Of a stretch of 33,701 nucleotides of DNA, positions 1-12,272 are shown in pieces. The stretch covers positions 27,304,998 through 27,338,698 of the forward strand of contig NC_057720.1 of NCBI RefSeq assembly GCF_004010195.1. The letters run 5' to 3'. This DNA is from Chiloscyllium plagiosum. Its lineage: Eukaryota. The notes under the pieces were generated by a model. That model did no database searches, was not told where the DNA came from, and worked only from the letters and a program-made list of their open reading frames with translations. Position numbers and translations under genes: made by a program. Positions within the stretch are counted from its first letter, which is position 1; the number at the start of each line of letters is the position of its first letter.

Positions 1-578
1 GGTCTTTTCCGAGATTTCTAGAGGCTTCTAGGAGTATCTGCCTCTCCTTGTCGCTCTGCAGCCGGAACAGGACCGGGCGTGGGCGCTGGTTCGAGCCGGG
101 CCCGCGTATTGCGACCCGGTAGGCCCATTCCACCCTTACCTGGCCTGATCCAGCTTCCAGATTTAAAAGCTGTGGCAGCCACTGCTCGAGAAACACTGTA
201 AGCTGGCCTTCCTCTTCCCGTTCGGGAAGGCCCAGCAAAAGAATATTTTGCTGTTCGAGAGTCCGGACCTGATCCACGGCCGATTGCGCTGTAGTTTCGG
301 AGGTCGCGGCCTTTAACTCCGCCCCTCCGACTCGGTGCTCGATTTCTTGGATGTCTCGGTCGTGCTTCTGCAGCGTGGCTGAGAGTGAGTCCCATCGATT
401 TCGGGATTCTTCGATGACAGCGTTGATCTTCACGCCCAGTTTGGAGATCATTTCCACAAGGCTTGTCACTGTAGGTAAGTCCCCCGGGGCGGCTGTGGAC
501 GCCTCAGCTGCAGCTGGAGAGGGTGGGTGGAGGGGTTCCTGCTTGTTGAGAGCTGTGGGTTCCCTTCCCTTTAGTCAT
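1..578 (-). pseudogene. L1 ORF1p (Transposase_22-type coiled coil + RRM), frameshifted near the N-terminus and apparently internally deleted; partial
   Basis: Manual translation: MTKGKGTHSSQQAGTPP / frameshift / SPAAAEASTAAPGDLPTVTSLVEMISKLGVKINAVIEESRNRWDSLSATLQKHDRDIQEIEHRVGGAELKAATSETTAQSAVDQVRTLEQQNILLLGLPEREEEGQLTVFLEQWLPQLLNLEAGSGQVRVEWAYRVAIRGPGSNQRPRPVLFRLQSDKERQILLEASRNLGKD. NILLLGLPE, EWAYR (ERAHR-like) and RPRPV match ORF1p RRM motifs. Missing from the ORF track because it runs off the window. Confidence 0.88.
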
Positions 579-703
579 TTTTTACTAAAGATTAGATTGT
601 TTAAATTTAATATTAAACAACTAATTAAATTAAACAGCTATTATAAATGATTTGGTAAGTGTGTCTTGGGAGGAGCACTGTAGACTCAGACTTGCTGGGT
701 CGT

Positions 704-713
704 CGCCATCTTG
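704..713 (-). promoter_or_regulatory. YY1-type site (CAAGATGGCG) at the L1 5' terminus, internal promoter
   Basis: Plus strand CGCCATCTTG; matches the YY1 consensus and its position just inside the L1 5' end, as in human L1. Confidence 0.65.
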
Positions 714-719
714 GATCTC

Positions 720-857
720 AGCACAAACTTTTAAAACGTGTGTTGGCTGTAATGTGATTATGTAGCTAACACTTTAAGTGCTGTTTCAAAAACACAATTT
801 TTCTGTAATGCGGTGTTGCACAAGAATACAACTATTGTGTTGCAGAAGAAATACCTG
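720..857 (-). mobile_element. Non-autonomous Tc1/mariner-Tigger-like MITE, partial (interrupted by the L1)
   Basis: Ends GAAGAAATACCTG followed by TA (858-859); its reverse complement aligns by eye with 24479-24600 (shared CAGGTRTTTCTTC start and AGCCAACACAC..TTTAAAAGTTTG). Confidence 0.65.
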
Positions 858-1524
858 TATATCTTTATGAATCTGTGACTATTGTGTTAAACCTTTCAGG
901 TCTGCTAGATTATTTGGCTCTGGCCTTGACTGTAAATGGCCCCTACATTTTGCATTCAGATGGCCATACCAAAGTGGCAAACGTACAGACCTGTGGTAAA
1001 CTGTGATAGTTTGTTGACACGATAAGGAAGATTGATTAAGTATTAATGTTGTGAGGTAATTCACAGATATCACTCTGCTAGGATCCAAATCAAAACAGCT
1101 TTTGTGTAAAGTGGCTCTAGTTTGACAGATTGTCAGTTTTTGAAGGAGCATTGTATTTGTTGTGGATTCTTGATATAGAATTATTTCATCCTGTTGTAGA
1201 GCTCTTATTTTGTTTGTGGGATAGTTGAAAGAGAAGGGAGAAAGGGAAATTTTGTTCTATTTTGGAGTTTCTCTTCTACATTCTCTTGTTCAGCAACATC
1301 TAGTCTTAAAAAAAACCGAACCACGTATCTATAAGGCCTCTGAAAATACTGTTGTTAAGTGCAGGGAGATGAAAAAGAAATTCCACTTCACCTCACTTAA
1401 TCCAGTCACAGAAATGAGCAGACCTAACCCAGTTGAAGCTGCACATGTATCCTTATTTATTTCTGAGATTTATGTGGAAGTTGTTAATGATGCCCCATGG
1501 ACTAGTTTGACAAAGTTTTACTCA

Positions 1525-2370
1525 TTGAATCATAGCAGAGTAGAAAAAGGCAATTTGTCGTGTCCATGCCATTCTCTGCAATTTATCTTGTCCTGTCTTC
1601 CTGCATTTTCCCCATTTTTTACTGCAGATAATTACATAATTCTCCTTTTGAAGGCTTTCCTTGAATCTGCCAACACCAAGTCCCCAAATAGCGCAATGTA
1701 GATCCTAACCACTAGTTTGTGATAGTTTTTCCTCATGTCAGTTCTGGTTCCTTTGCAAAGGACTTTTATTTGGGTTCTTTAATTGATCTGGTTCTCGATT
1801 CTTCACCAGTTGGAGGAGCTTCTTCACAGCTACCTTGTCCAAATTAATCAATTTAAAACTAATTAATCAAATCTTCAGTATCCTCTTCACAGCTTACAGA
1901 GCTCCCAAATTGTGCAATTGTGTCTGTCTGGTCAAAGTCTAGATCAATACTGTACTATATATAATAAGAAAAGCAGTGGTCCTAACACTGACCCCCTGGA
2001 GAAGCCCATTATTTGCCTTCCTCCAGTCTGAAAAACAGCTGTACATGACTCAACCAATTTTATATTCATGCTGCCACTGTGCCTTTTTATTCCAGGAGCT
2101 CCAACTTTGCTGTCAAGGCTGTTATACAACATCAATCAAATACCTTTTACAAGTCCATGTCCATCATATCAACTGCAAAACCCTCATCAGATCTGTCCAT
2201 TACCTCAAATAACTCAAACAAGTTGGTTAAACACAGTTTGCTGTTGACAAATGTAAACTGGCTTTTCTCACTTACTTTGCACTTGCCTCAAGTGATTGAC
2301 ATTGTCCTGAATTATTGTTTCCAAAAGCTTTGCTTCACCAAGCTTAAACTATTTGGCCTTTATTGCTACG
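1525..2370 (-). mobile_element. Degraded CR1-type LINE, 3' tail plus RT fragments
   Basis: GAATCATAG tail; minus-strand translation RGSVLGPLLFLLYI (RT QGSVLGP motif) in ORF 1944..2135. Confidence 0.75.
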
Positions 2371-2379
2371 CTTGTCCTG

Positions 2380-2780
2380 GCCCCTTGGTTGGTGGAGGCA
2401 CTCATTCTGAAGCATAATTCTTTGTTACTGCAGGATTTCGTCAGTTCCCATAGCCTTGATTGTATGCACTATTCAAGCCATTTCTTGATATTACATGACA
2501 GTACATCATATTGACTGAAGTTCTAGAGACCTCAAGAGAGGGCGGAGATGGACCAGTCTCTTGACACTTCTAGCCGAAAATGATTTCAAAGATTTCAGCC
2601 TTGCTTTTGCACTCTAAACCTGAACTCTGCCATCACAGAGAATGGGGAGTTCAGAGAGAGCCTTCCCTCCCCCTGTTTAATTGAAAACCACATTCCCAAC
2701 TGAATGCAGCAGAATTGCAGAGCTTTGATCTGATGTGAAATTGTTTTGCTCTGTTTCTAACTATTGGTTTAGCCTCATAT
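2380..2780 (-). mobile_element. Degraded fragment of the second APE-RT LINE family (same family as 27500-29760)
   Basis: Reverse complement includes AAGGCTATGGG (KAMG, as at 27557) and upstream linker-like sequence. Confidence 0.5.
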
Positions 2781-3164
2781 CACACAATCTTCCTTTCTGT
2801 TCAAAGCAACAAAAATACATCTCAATTATGGGGACTTGTACTTTTATTCAATATCTGAGATGGCTATCCATCACTCAGGCCACCAAGTTGCTTTCTCTGG
2901 CTACAGTGTCTTTTCTCATATTGAGATTGCTGTGAACAGCTCTCATCAGAATGTCTGCAAGAAATCCTTTCCACTGTATTTTGTACTCTTTCCTTCCAAT
3001 ATATATTTACCCCAATCAGTAGTGAGGCTATACATTCTCATTCTCCATTCTTATGCCCACTCCAGTCAATGCATGACGCTGACTTATCCCTCATCTTGGA
3101 TATGTAGCTTTTCATATGTTCCCATAGAATTCCCTGCATGTTGAACTATTGTGGCCACTCTTCA

Positions 3165-3345
3165 GTCATAGAATCGTAGACTCACGCAGTAGAGAAGAGA
3201 CCTTAGGCCCATCAAGCCTGTACCAGCAAAAAGTACACTACTACGAAAACTAATCTCACTTTCCCACACTTGGCCCATAACCTTGAACCATCAAATATTC
3301 TGACACTTCAATTGTTCATTCAAGTACTTATAAAGGTTGTGATCT
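3165..3345 (-). mobile_element. CR1/HER1 3' end fragment
   Basis: GTCATAGAATC tail, AGACCTTAGGCCC stem-loop remnant and CTTGGCCCATA shared with the other CR1 3' ends. Confidence 0.65.
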
Positions 3346-3579
3346 GCCTTTCCTGGCTGGTAAACTACACTTGAACCTATTTTGGTCAAATTATTTCGCT
3401 CCCCACTTCATGAAAATATATTTTCATGTTCTGTTCACATCGATCAGTATGTCCTCCCTGAGCTCTTAACTCCTGCTTCTGGTTCCAAATTGTCGTACTC
3501 ATGGATATGTGAAGTACATGATGCCTAAATTTCATAAGTCATCCTCACTTATGAGAAATAAGGTTTTGTAATCTGACTG

Positions 3580-4107
3580 TTTTCACAGAATCCCTACAAG
3601 TGAGGGAGCAAGCCATTCGGCAAATCTGGTTCATCAGCCATTTTGGGTTTGTTCGCTACACTTATACAGTTGTATGATCCTTTTGTCTCTCTGTTTATAA
3701 ACTGTATCGGTGTGCCCTCTCTCACTTCACCTGATGAGGGAGTTTTGCTCTGATAGCTTGTGATTTCAAATGTACATGTTGGACTATAACCTGACGTCGT
3801 GCGATTTTTGACTTTGTCCACCCCAAGTCCACACTGCCCCTCTGAAGAGCATCCCCCCAGACCCACTCTATCACTATAACCTGACATTTTTCCATGGCTA
3901 ACCCACCTAGCCTGCACATCCCTGGTCACTATGGGCAATTTAATCACCTAACCTAACCTGCACATCTTTGGACTGTGGGACAAATCCGGAGCACCTGGAG
4001 GAAACACGTGCAAACATGGGGAGATTGGGCAAACTCTACATTGTCACCCAAAGGTGAAATCTAACCCGGCTGTGAGGCAGCAGTGGTAACCACCAAGCCA
4101 CCGTGCT
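3580..4107 (-). mobile_element. HE1 V-SINE (older copy), interrupted by a PLE pLTR fragment
   Basis: tRNA-like head (GGCACGGTGGCTTGGTGGTTACCACTGCTGCCTCACAG on minus), V-domain CCTGCACATCTTTGGACTGTGGG and CR1-like tail; matches 15817-16125. Confidence 0.85.
3632..3825 (+). mobile_element. Penelope-like pLTR fragment (family A) with degenerate hammerhead at 3731-3759
   Basis: CAC-CTGATGA..GATA-GCTT-GTG followed by TGTTGGACTATAACCTG..GATTTTTGACTTTGTCCACCCC, homologous to 21418-21520. Confidence 0.75.
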
Positions 4108-4849
4108 CACCTTTTGTTGCATTTGAAAGCTTTTTAATAATGCCTTGGCCCTGGCCCTTTCCATTTCCTGTGTCCTTCTGTCTTTAACTAAACAATGTCA
4201 TCAGATCTGAAATCTTTCCTGGACAGTCTGATGTGATGGCTCACACTCCTTTTTTTTTCAGTTCCTTTTGCTACTGATGTGTAACACATTTGGATGGATG
4301 GAAAAGCAAAAAGCTAATTGTCGTTCACTCTAGTGTTCAAGGTTCATCATGCAGTAATAAATGTGATTTTGAATTCTCACTGTATACTAATTGTTATAGG
4401 CTGTACCCACAACCAACTATGCATAATATTTTGTGTGTACTGCACATGTCAGTGCTGTTTGTAATTTACAGTTCGGCAGATCTGCCATCATTTTGTATGA
4501 CATGTTATCAATGTCCAAAATTCCCTTCCATTACAAGTTAAGGATTTTGCTGGTATCCAAGGCCTGTGCTGACTGACTTTTCCAAGATATTGTCCTCCTT
4601 GGTTCATTTGTCCTTATTGTTATCTACAGGGATATGCTAAACCTGGTTGTATATCTACAAAATGTAATAAATAGGCATTCCAAACTTTGTCCTATATCTT
4701 CAGATCCATGGTTAAAACTTCATTAAATTCTCAAGCTAAAGGTATGGTGATGTCTTACAAAATGTAACTCATGCATTCGCATTGTAATGTGATATATTTT
4801 ACAAGGAATTCTTATTCTGTATCAACAGCTCCACCAATATTGAACCCAG

Positions 4850-6290
4850 GACAGAATAGCATTAAAACAGACCCTTTGGCCTACCATGCCTATGAGAACC
4901 ATGATCCATTCTAAATTAATCCCATCTGCATGCATATGGTTCGTATTCATCTGTTTTCTGCCTGTTCATGTGTCTGTCTAAATCCCTCTTAAACATTGCT
5001 GTCATATCTGCTTTTACCAACTCCCCTGGCAGCACTTTTCATGCACCTGCCACCCCATGTATAAAAAAAGTCTTGACTTGGCACATCTACTTTAAAATTT
5101 CTTCCACTTACTTTCATACTATAACCTATTTCCACTCTGGGAGAAGGACTGTGACTATCCAATCTATCCATACCTTTTGTATTTTTGTATATTTCTATCA
5201 GGTTGCCCCTCAGCCTCTGACACTAGTGATAACAATCCATGTTCGTCCAATCTCTTCTTATAGCTAATACACTTCAATCCAGGCAATATCCTGGTAAACC
5301 TCTTTTTCATCCTCTCCAAAGCCTCAACATCCTTGCTCCAGAACTGCATACAATGCTTCAAATATTGCCAATCCAAAGTTTCATACAGCTGCAACACGAC
5401 TTGCCAGCTGTTATATTCATTGTCCTGACCGATAAAGGCAGGCACCGATAAAGGCAAGCGTGCCTTATGCCTTCTGTACCACCTTATCCACTTTTGTTTG
5501 CACTTTCAGGGAGCTATGGATTTGCACCCCAAGATCCCTCCATATGTCAATGCTCCTAAGGGTAATACCATTTGCTGGATATTTTCCTCTTGCATTTCAC
5601 CTCTCAAAATGCATCACCTCACGTTTGCCCGGATTAACTGCTAGCTGCTATTTTTTTCCATCCAATTTTCTACCTCTTCTATATCCTGCAGTGTCTTTTG
5701 ATAACCTTCCCCACAATCCACAGCTCCACCAATTTTCATGTCAGCTGCAAACTAATCCAAATGCAAACAATAGAGGTCCCAGGATTGATCCTTCAGAGGA
5801 CCATTGGTCACACACCTTCCTGCTTCCTTTATATTTCACAAGGGCCTTTTCTGATTTCAGTTCCCAAACCTTACATATACTTCCATATCGTTTTTGACGA
5901 TTCTCTCAATATCTCTTGACATCCAGGGTTCTGGAATCTTACCATCCTTGTCTTTCATTCTCGCAGGAACATGCTTGTCCTGAACTCTGACTTATTGTCC
6001 TTTTAAAAACTCCCACATGTCAGGTGTGAACTTAACTTCAAACGATCATCCCAATCTAATTTCTCCACCTCCTGTCTAATACTGACGTAATTAGTCTTTC
6101 CCCAGTTTAGCACTTTTGCCTAAAGACTAGTCTTATCCTTATCCATAATTATCTTAAAACTTACAGAATTATGATCATTGTTCCCAAAATGTTCCTACAC
6201 TGAAACTTCAGTAATCTGGTCAGGCACATCCCCGATACAAGGTCGAATATGGCCCCTTCCATCGATGGACTAACTTATTTTAAGAAGCTC
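4850..6290 (-). mobile_element. CR1/HER1 LINE, deleted ORF2 remnant
   Basis: ORF 5164..5457 (-) gives WQVVLQLYETL..HCMQFW..DVEALERMKKRFTRILPGL (CR1 ORF2 C-terminus); 5900-6290 matches upstream ORF2 sequence at 18340-18680. Confidence 0.88.
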
Positions 6291-7289
6291 TCAGTGGATG
6301 TTATTTTTATGAGCGATGAGGGATGTTTATGCATTTCAATATCATCTTCTTATCAGCTATGACTGTCTGCAGAGGTCAAGTGACCTATTGAACCTGGTTT
6401 TTTAACACCTAAACACCTGGTTTCCTTCATGGAATACAGTAATGTCTGGATCTTATGAACGGCAAGTTCACCATTTACCTTGCACAAAAATGTTATCATT
6501 TTTCATGTCCCAAATGCATTTTTGCTTTTCAATCAGCAACTAAATACTAATGGTTGAATTAAGTCTTCAACCACTAATGCAATATTTTCTTGCTGTTTTT
6601 CCTTATCATAACCACTCTCAGATCTATCTGTTTCATGAATGGCTGCAAATGCTTAACTCTTAATTCTTGGAGAATTCCTCACACAGATGTTTGACACTAA
6701 CAATCAGCAAATTACTCCCTGTGGATTTAATGGATTCATTCCTTTTATCAGCTATCAATACAATGCTGCATTGCCCCATGATTCAGAACTCTATTATTAA
6801 ATGGTATGATTCCCCTTTCTGTCTCCTCAAAACGTCGATCAACATTTCCTTCCTATGCAGGCAACTCCTTAGACTTTTGAGAGTCAGTAATACAAGTGTT
6901 TCATTCTGTCTTTCACCTCAGATATCAAAACATCCTAGAAAAGCAACTGGAAACATTATCTTCCCAGGCTCTTTCCAGAATAGCAGCTATTTGTTAAAAA
7001 ATTAAGTAATTACTTCAAAATTAAACACCTGTCCAACCCACAAATCTATCCACATGCAAGATTTGCACACAATCTAATACTTTAAGTATCAGCATAGACT
7101 CCAGAATTCTTAGATACAATGTGTATTTTTTTGTGTAAACTCCATTACACTCCATTACATTACTTTCAAACTCCATGGTATATTCTTCTCTCTTCCATTA
7201 TTCATTTTATTATGTGTTTGTTGGGAAGGGAGATGATATGTGGAAGAACAGGCTACGGGGACCTGGGTCTTTAGTTCTTCCCCTCCTCT

Positions 7290-7522
7290 ATTCTGCCCTC
7301 CACTCCTCTCTAGAACATCTTGACCCCAAGAAGAGTTGTGTAAGAATCCTACTCATTAACTACAGTTCAAGCCTTCAACACTATTATCCCCTCGAGACTG
7401 ATTACTAAATTTAGTAATCTCAGAATAAGCCCCACTCTCTGCAACTGGATCCTCGGTTTCCTGACCCACAAGCCACAATCAGTGAAGATTGGGGACCATA
7501 TTATATCCTCACTAACAACCAG
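7290..7522 (+). mobile_element. Rex1/Babar-clade LINE RT fragment
   Basis: ALHSSLEHLDPKKSCVRILLINYSS / AFNTIIPSRLITK..LCNWILGFLTHKPQSVKIG, resembling Rex1 RT motifs (VRxLFIDYSSAFNTI, LCxWIxDFLTxRPQxV). Confidence 0.75.
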
Positions 7523-7959
7523 TCATCTCTTGTTACAAACTTCATCCGTAAATCATATTCGAATTTCCAATCCCTCATTGATGTCTAAGGAAGTGAGGGA
7601 CTAAATCAAAATAATGTTAGTGAGGAAGATATGCGATCAAGCCACTGCCAGAAGGACCCAGTTCTTTTTTTCTATTTCAATAAACCCATCACCAAGTTAT
7701 CTAATTGCCCAATTAGCAAAACAACAAATTACAGATGCTGCTATTGGGGCAGTGTGACAGTAACACAAATCACAAAGATGCGAAAACAGGGGAAGGCAGT
7801 TGCTTGTGAATTGTTTGTGTGTATGAAGTTAATAATTAACTTGTAAGTATTGAGTCCCAGCTTTAGCATTAATGAGTGTCTGTCCACAGCAATGCATTTT
7901 TGTTTACATTAGATTGTTTTGCAACTTTGGAAGGTGGTTGTATCGACCAATGCTCTGAG

Positions 7960-8790
7960 AAGGGAAGGAGATGGTGAAACTGAATTGCCTTACGAGTGAT
8001 TGTCCCAGACCAGGGATAAAACTCTGAAGCAGTTATTTAATGATAGGTATATTGAAGTTCAGGTAGTAGCTCCAGGAAGAAGGTATCTGCATTAACGTCA
8101 AATGACGACAAGTGGTAGGATAATTAAAATATAGACAATTAAGGTGAGAATTTGAGGAGTGTGGATAGTCTGGAGCATTACGAGGCTGAAGGAGGTGATA
8201 GAGACAGAGAGGGAATAGCAATAGTGGGTGTTAATAATATGGGTGAGGATTTAAAAATCAAAATGTTAATTAACTGAGTGCAGATCAACAAACAGTAGGT
8301 AATAAGTAAACAAGAAGTAGATCTTAAGTTTATGGAGGGTAGAATGTGAGAGTACATGTGCTGGAATAATAACATTGAGAAGTAACAAATATGGATGAAG
8401 ATAAGCTGAGGAAGAATGGAGTGTGCAGTGTTATGGAGGTATAAATAGGTGGTGTGGATGGCAAGGATATATGGTAGGTAGCTCAGCTTGGAACCAAATG
8501 TGGCACCAAGTTGCAAAACGTTTGATTCAGCCTCAGGTACTTGCTGAGGAAAGGGATGGAATCTGTGGCTAAGGAATGGAATCTGTGGCAAGAACCAAAA
8601 AAGGCTTTGGTCAGTCCCAATATTTGGTGAGCAAAGCTTCTGGAAGTCCAGGTCTTAATGTTGGATGAGAAAGCTAACATTAGAAACAGTGCAGTGATTC
8701 CAAAAAAATGGGAGTCATCAGCACACATGTTGGAGACTGGCAATCTGTTTTTAGATGATATCACATAGAGATGAATACCATTATGATTTT
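7960..8790 (-). mobile_element. L2-type LINE 3' fragment, old
   Basis: Minus strand SNMCADDS (YADD motif) near 8715-8735; purine-rich plus strand typical of antisense L2; similar to 21880-22530 in the opposite orientation. Confidence 0.65.
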
Positions 8791-10299
8791 TCATGTTCTT
8801 TTGAAAATTCAGTCATTGTCTGGAGAAATACCAATTATTGCTCTACCAATTGTTTCTCTTTCTGATTTAGTTCTGATTTAAGGCAGTTTAGTGTTTCATA
8901 AAAGAGGTTGCTTGTGCTATAATCAGAAATTCTGCTATTTCCAGGAAAAAAAAGAAGTTTTGGATGCATTGTTATATATTGAGAATGCTTGGCCATAATT
9001 CTCCCCTCTCTCTGTCTCCCTTTCTTTTCTGTCTCCATCACCAACTCCCCAACCCCATTCATTAATCCAGGTCATTTATGATGTTCTGCTTTAAGACATA
9101 TGAAAAAAAAGCTATCACAACAATTATATCTGGAAAGTTCTTTTGGCAGTTGATCACTTTCCAAAACTGGAATTTCTTAGAGCAGCAGTTTTGTATGACA
9201 GGCTCTCCTTTGGAATAGTAAGATAAACTGCTGGTATTTTCAGTCACTAATAATTGTACAAATTATGGTGGTAGCTGGGCATTCCCTCATTTAACCTATG
9301 TTCGTCAGGTTTGAATTCTGCACATGTTTACAGACCTTTGCTGCCAACCTTGAACACAGAACCTCGTGAGAGGTGATCTTGTGTGTCTAAGAGTACAGTG
9401 CAGATTTGCTGCAATTGTGAAACCATTGTTGCGTGACCCCTGTCTGACTCTGCTGTTTCCTTATAAGCACTCCTCGACAACTTGTACCAAAAACAGTCTA
9501 TATAATGTGAAGCTTATTTGTTATTCCTCTAATATTTTATTTAAACTAAGCAGACAGTGTCATTCAGTAACTATTTAGCCACTGGTATTTATGTGGTCCT
9601 TTACACTATCACCATACAAAGTATGAGTACAATTTCTAGGCTTTGGCACCCATGTTTAAAACATTTGCCCTGGGAGGAAGCACAAGCTGGATAAACAGGG
9701 TGGAAATAAGAAAACTTCCCAAAAGCTCCAGGAGCAAAGTCTTAGTGCTTAGTGCACATATTCTTCTGTCTGTTCATTGTACAACTGTACTATGTACAAC
9801 TGATGTGCACTGGCAACAAAACTATAATAGATGTGCTGGATGACTGTGTCTCTATGAATGGCTTCGCTGCCAAGAGTTTGTTGTTTTTGATACTTACCAT
9901 ACACTCCACTTTGCTCGAGTGCTTCATGGTGGTACCGATGCTTTTAAAAGGACAGAGGTTTTGAAAAAAGGGAAAATCAGTCTTGCTTTATTCAGTAGAC
10001 AGACATCAAGATTTTGAACCATCACCCTGTCAAAAAAAACAACTTTACAATGCAAGCTCAACCTTAAAAGGATCATAAGGGTGAACTTTGTATGTCGTGT
10101 GCTTTTATCAGCAGGCAGACTGGGTTGGAAAGGAACCATTAGGGCAGGTAGATTTTGTCTTTCTCGCTTGTGTTTCCTCCCATGGCAAATGTTTTAAGTG
10201 TGAGCCAAAACCTAGAAATTGCGTTAATACTTTGTATGGAACAACAAATACGCTTCACATTATCTGAACTCCAGTAAGGTGAGAGAATCTGCTCTTCAC

Positions 10300-11460
10300 G
10301 TTAGGGCAGCATTTGAATAAGTATGGAAAACCGGAGTCAGTGCAAAACAGGCTGAATCGAATCATACCTAGCTCAAATTGGCTAGAATTGTTAGAAGTCA
10401 GTTATCTCAGCCCCATTACATGATTGCAGGTGTTCCTCAGGGTAGTGTGCTAGGTGCAACAATGTTCATCTGTTTCATCAATGACCTTCCCTCCATCATA
10501 AGGTCAGAAGTGGTTTTGTTCACTGGTGATTGCACAATGTCCAGTACCATTCACAACTCCTTAGATATCAAAACAATTTGTGTTCCTACATAGAAAAATC
10601 CAGATAGTACCCAAGGTTAGGTTGATAAGTGACAAGTAATATTTAGAGTTATAGAGAGTCATACTCATAGAAACAGGCCCTTTGGCCCACTGTGTCTATA
10701 GCAATCAACAAACAGCATTGTGCCATACAACTACCAGATAAAAACCATCTCCAGCAGATGAGAATCGACACATCTCTCTCATTGTTCAATGGCATTATCC
10801 CACAGCTGAATCTCTTACTATCAACATCCTAGAGATTACCATTCATCAGAAACTGAACTGGAACAGCCATATAAATACGATGACTTCATGGGCAGATCAG
10901 AGACTAGGAATTCAACGGTGAGTAACTCACCTCTTGTCTCCCCAAAACCTGATCACCATCTATGAGGCAAAGTTTGATGTGTGATGGAATACTCCCAATT
11001 TGTCTGGATGATTGCAGCTTCAACAACATTCAGGAAGCTTCACACTGTTCATGGCAAAGCATCCGCCAACTACGTCTAGCATTCACCCCTGAGGCAGAGT
11101 GGCAACAGCGTGACTTTACCTACAAAGATGCACTGCTGCAATTCACTCAGGCCTCTCCAACAACAGTTTCCAAACCCACAACCCGTACCACTGAGAAGGA
11201 TAAAGGAGCGGATGTATGGGTATATAACTATTTGCAAGTTCCCTTCAAACTACATATCACCCTCACTTGAAATTATATTGCCATGCCTTCATTGACTTTG
11301 GGTAAAAATCCTATAGTTCCTTCCTGACAATCCTGCAGGTCTACCCACCAGTTAAGGATTGCAGCAGTTCAAGAGTGGAGTTTAAAGCCACATTCTCTCA
11401 GGCATTTAGGGATGGGTAGTGAATGCTGGCCTAACTGGCATACACAAACAAGTGAAACAG
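10300..11460 (+). mobile_element. Second APE-RT LINE family (CR1/L2 supergroup, distinct from HER1), 3' portion
   Basis: ORF 10378..10593 AGVPQGSVLGATMFICFINDLPSIIRSEVVLFTGDCT (RT motifs); colinear with 28850-29760 including the 3' end. Confidence 0.85.
10645..10718 (-). mobile_element. Very short CR1/HE1-type 3' tail inserted into the older LINE
   Basis: CATAGAAACAGGCCCTTTGGCCCA stem-loop/tail interrupts the colinearity with 29020-29050. Confidence 0.65.
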
Positions 11461-11711
11461 ATCTCCGGATTAATATCCCAAAAGCCCTTTTAAAGATAAC
11501 AACTCACATGAGCTTCAAATATTTTAAGAACTTTTCAATTCTGTTTATGAGGAGTCCTGATATTGCAAGTCTTCAAACTCACCTCATGGGAGAAATCAAG
11601 GATATTTTGAACACAGTTGAATTTACTATACAGCAGTGTTTCTGTGATATAAATATATTAAATTTGAACCAAATGGATTATAAAAGTCTGAAATAAAGAT
11701 GAGTCAGACAA

Positions 11712-12270
11712 TATCATAGATTCATAGAGATATACAGCGCAGAAATATACCCTTTGGTCCAACTCGTCCATGCCGATCAACTATCCTAAATTAATGTAGT
11801 CCCATTTGCCAGGATTTGGCCCATATCCCTCGAAACTCTTCCTATTCATATACACATCTAGATGCCTTTTAAATGTTGTAATTGTACCAGCCTCCACCAC
11901 TTCCTTTGGCAGCTCATTCCATATGCTCCACTTTCTGTGTGAAAAAGTTGACCTTTAGGTCCCTTTTAAATCTTTCCACTCTCACCTTAAACCTGTCCCT
12001 CTAGTTTTGAACTCCTCCATCCCAGGGAAAAGACTTTGTCTATTTACCCTATCCATGCCACTCATGATCTTATAAACCTTTATAAGGTCATCCCTCAGCC
12101 TCTGACGCTCCAGGGAAAACAGCTCCTGCCTATTCAGCCTCTCCCTACAGCTCAAACCCTTCAACTCTGGCAACATCCTTGTAAATCTTTTCTGAACCCT
12201 TTCAAGTTTCACATCGTCCTTCCTATAGCAGGGATTGAATGCAGTATACCAATAGCGGGCCTAACCAATC
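11712..12270 (-). mobile_element. CR1/HER1 LINE, 5'-truncated
   Basis: ORF 11982..12212 KLERVQKRFTRMLPEL..LFSLERQRLRDDLIKVYKIM; TCATAGA tail repeats. Confidence 0.92.
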
Positions 12271-12272
12271 AG

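Larger units (their letters stand above)
1..719 (-). mobile_element. LINE-1 (L1 clade) retrotransposon 5' end: 5' UTR plus ORF1, continuing beyond the window start
   Basis: Minus strand begins GAGATCCAAGATGGCGAC at 719; ~140-nt UTR, then ATG at 578 and an ORF1p-like reading; GC/CpG-rich versus AT-rich flanks; abrupt junction with a MITE at 720. Confidence 0.88.

Noticed and set aside
1..480. CpG-island first exon on plus with donor AG|GTAAGT at ~475
   Set aside because: Fully explained as antisense L1 ORF1; ORFs 18..395 and 351..650 are off-frame or antisense shadows.
1225..1701. 158-aa ORF
   Set aside because: Non-ATG start, no recognisable domain, runs into antisense CR1.
5428..5458. Small tandem duplications (CCGATAAAGGCA twice; also 7139-7159 and 8558-8590)
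   Set aside because: Two-copy slippage events, mostly inside decayed repeats; not arrays.
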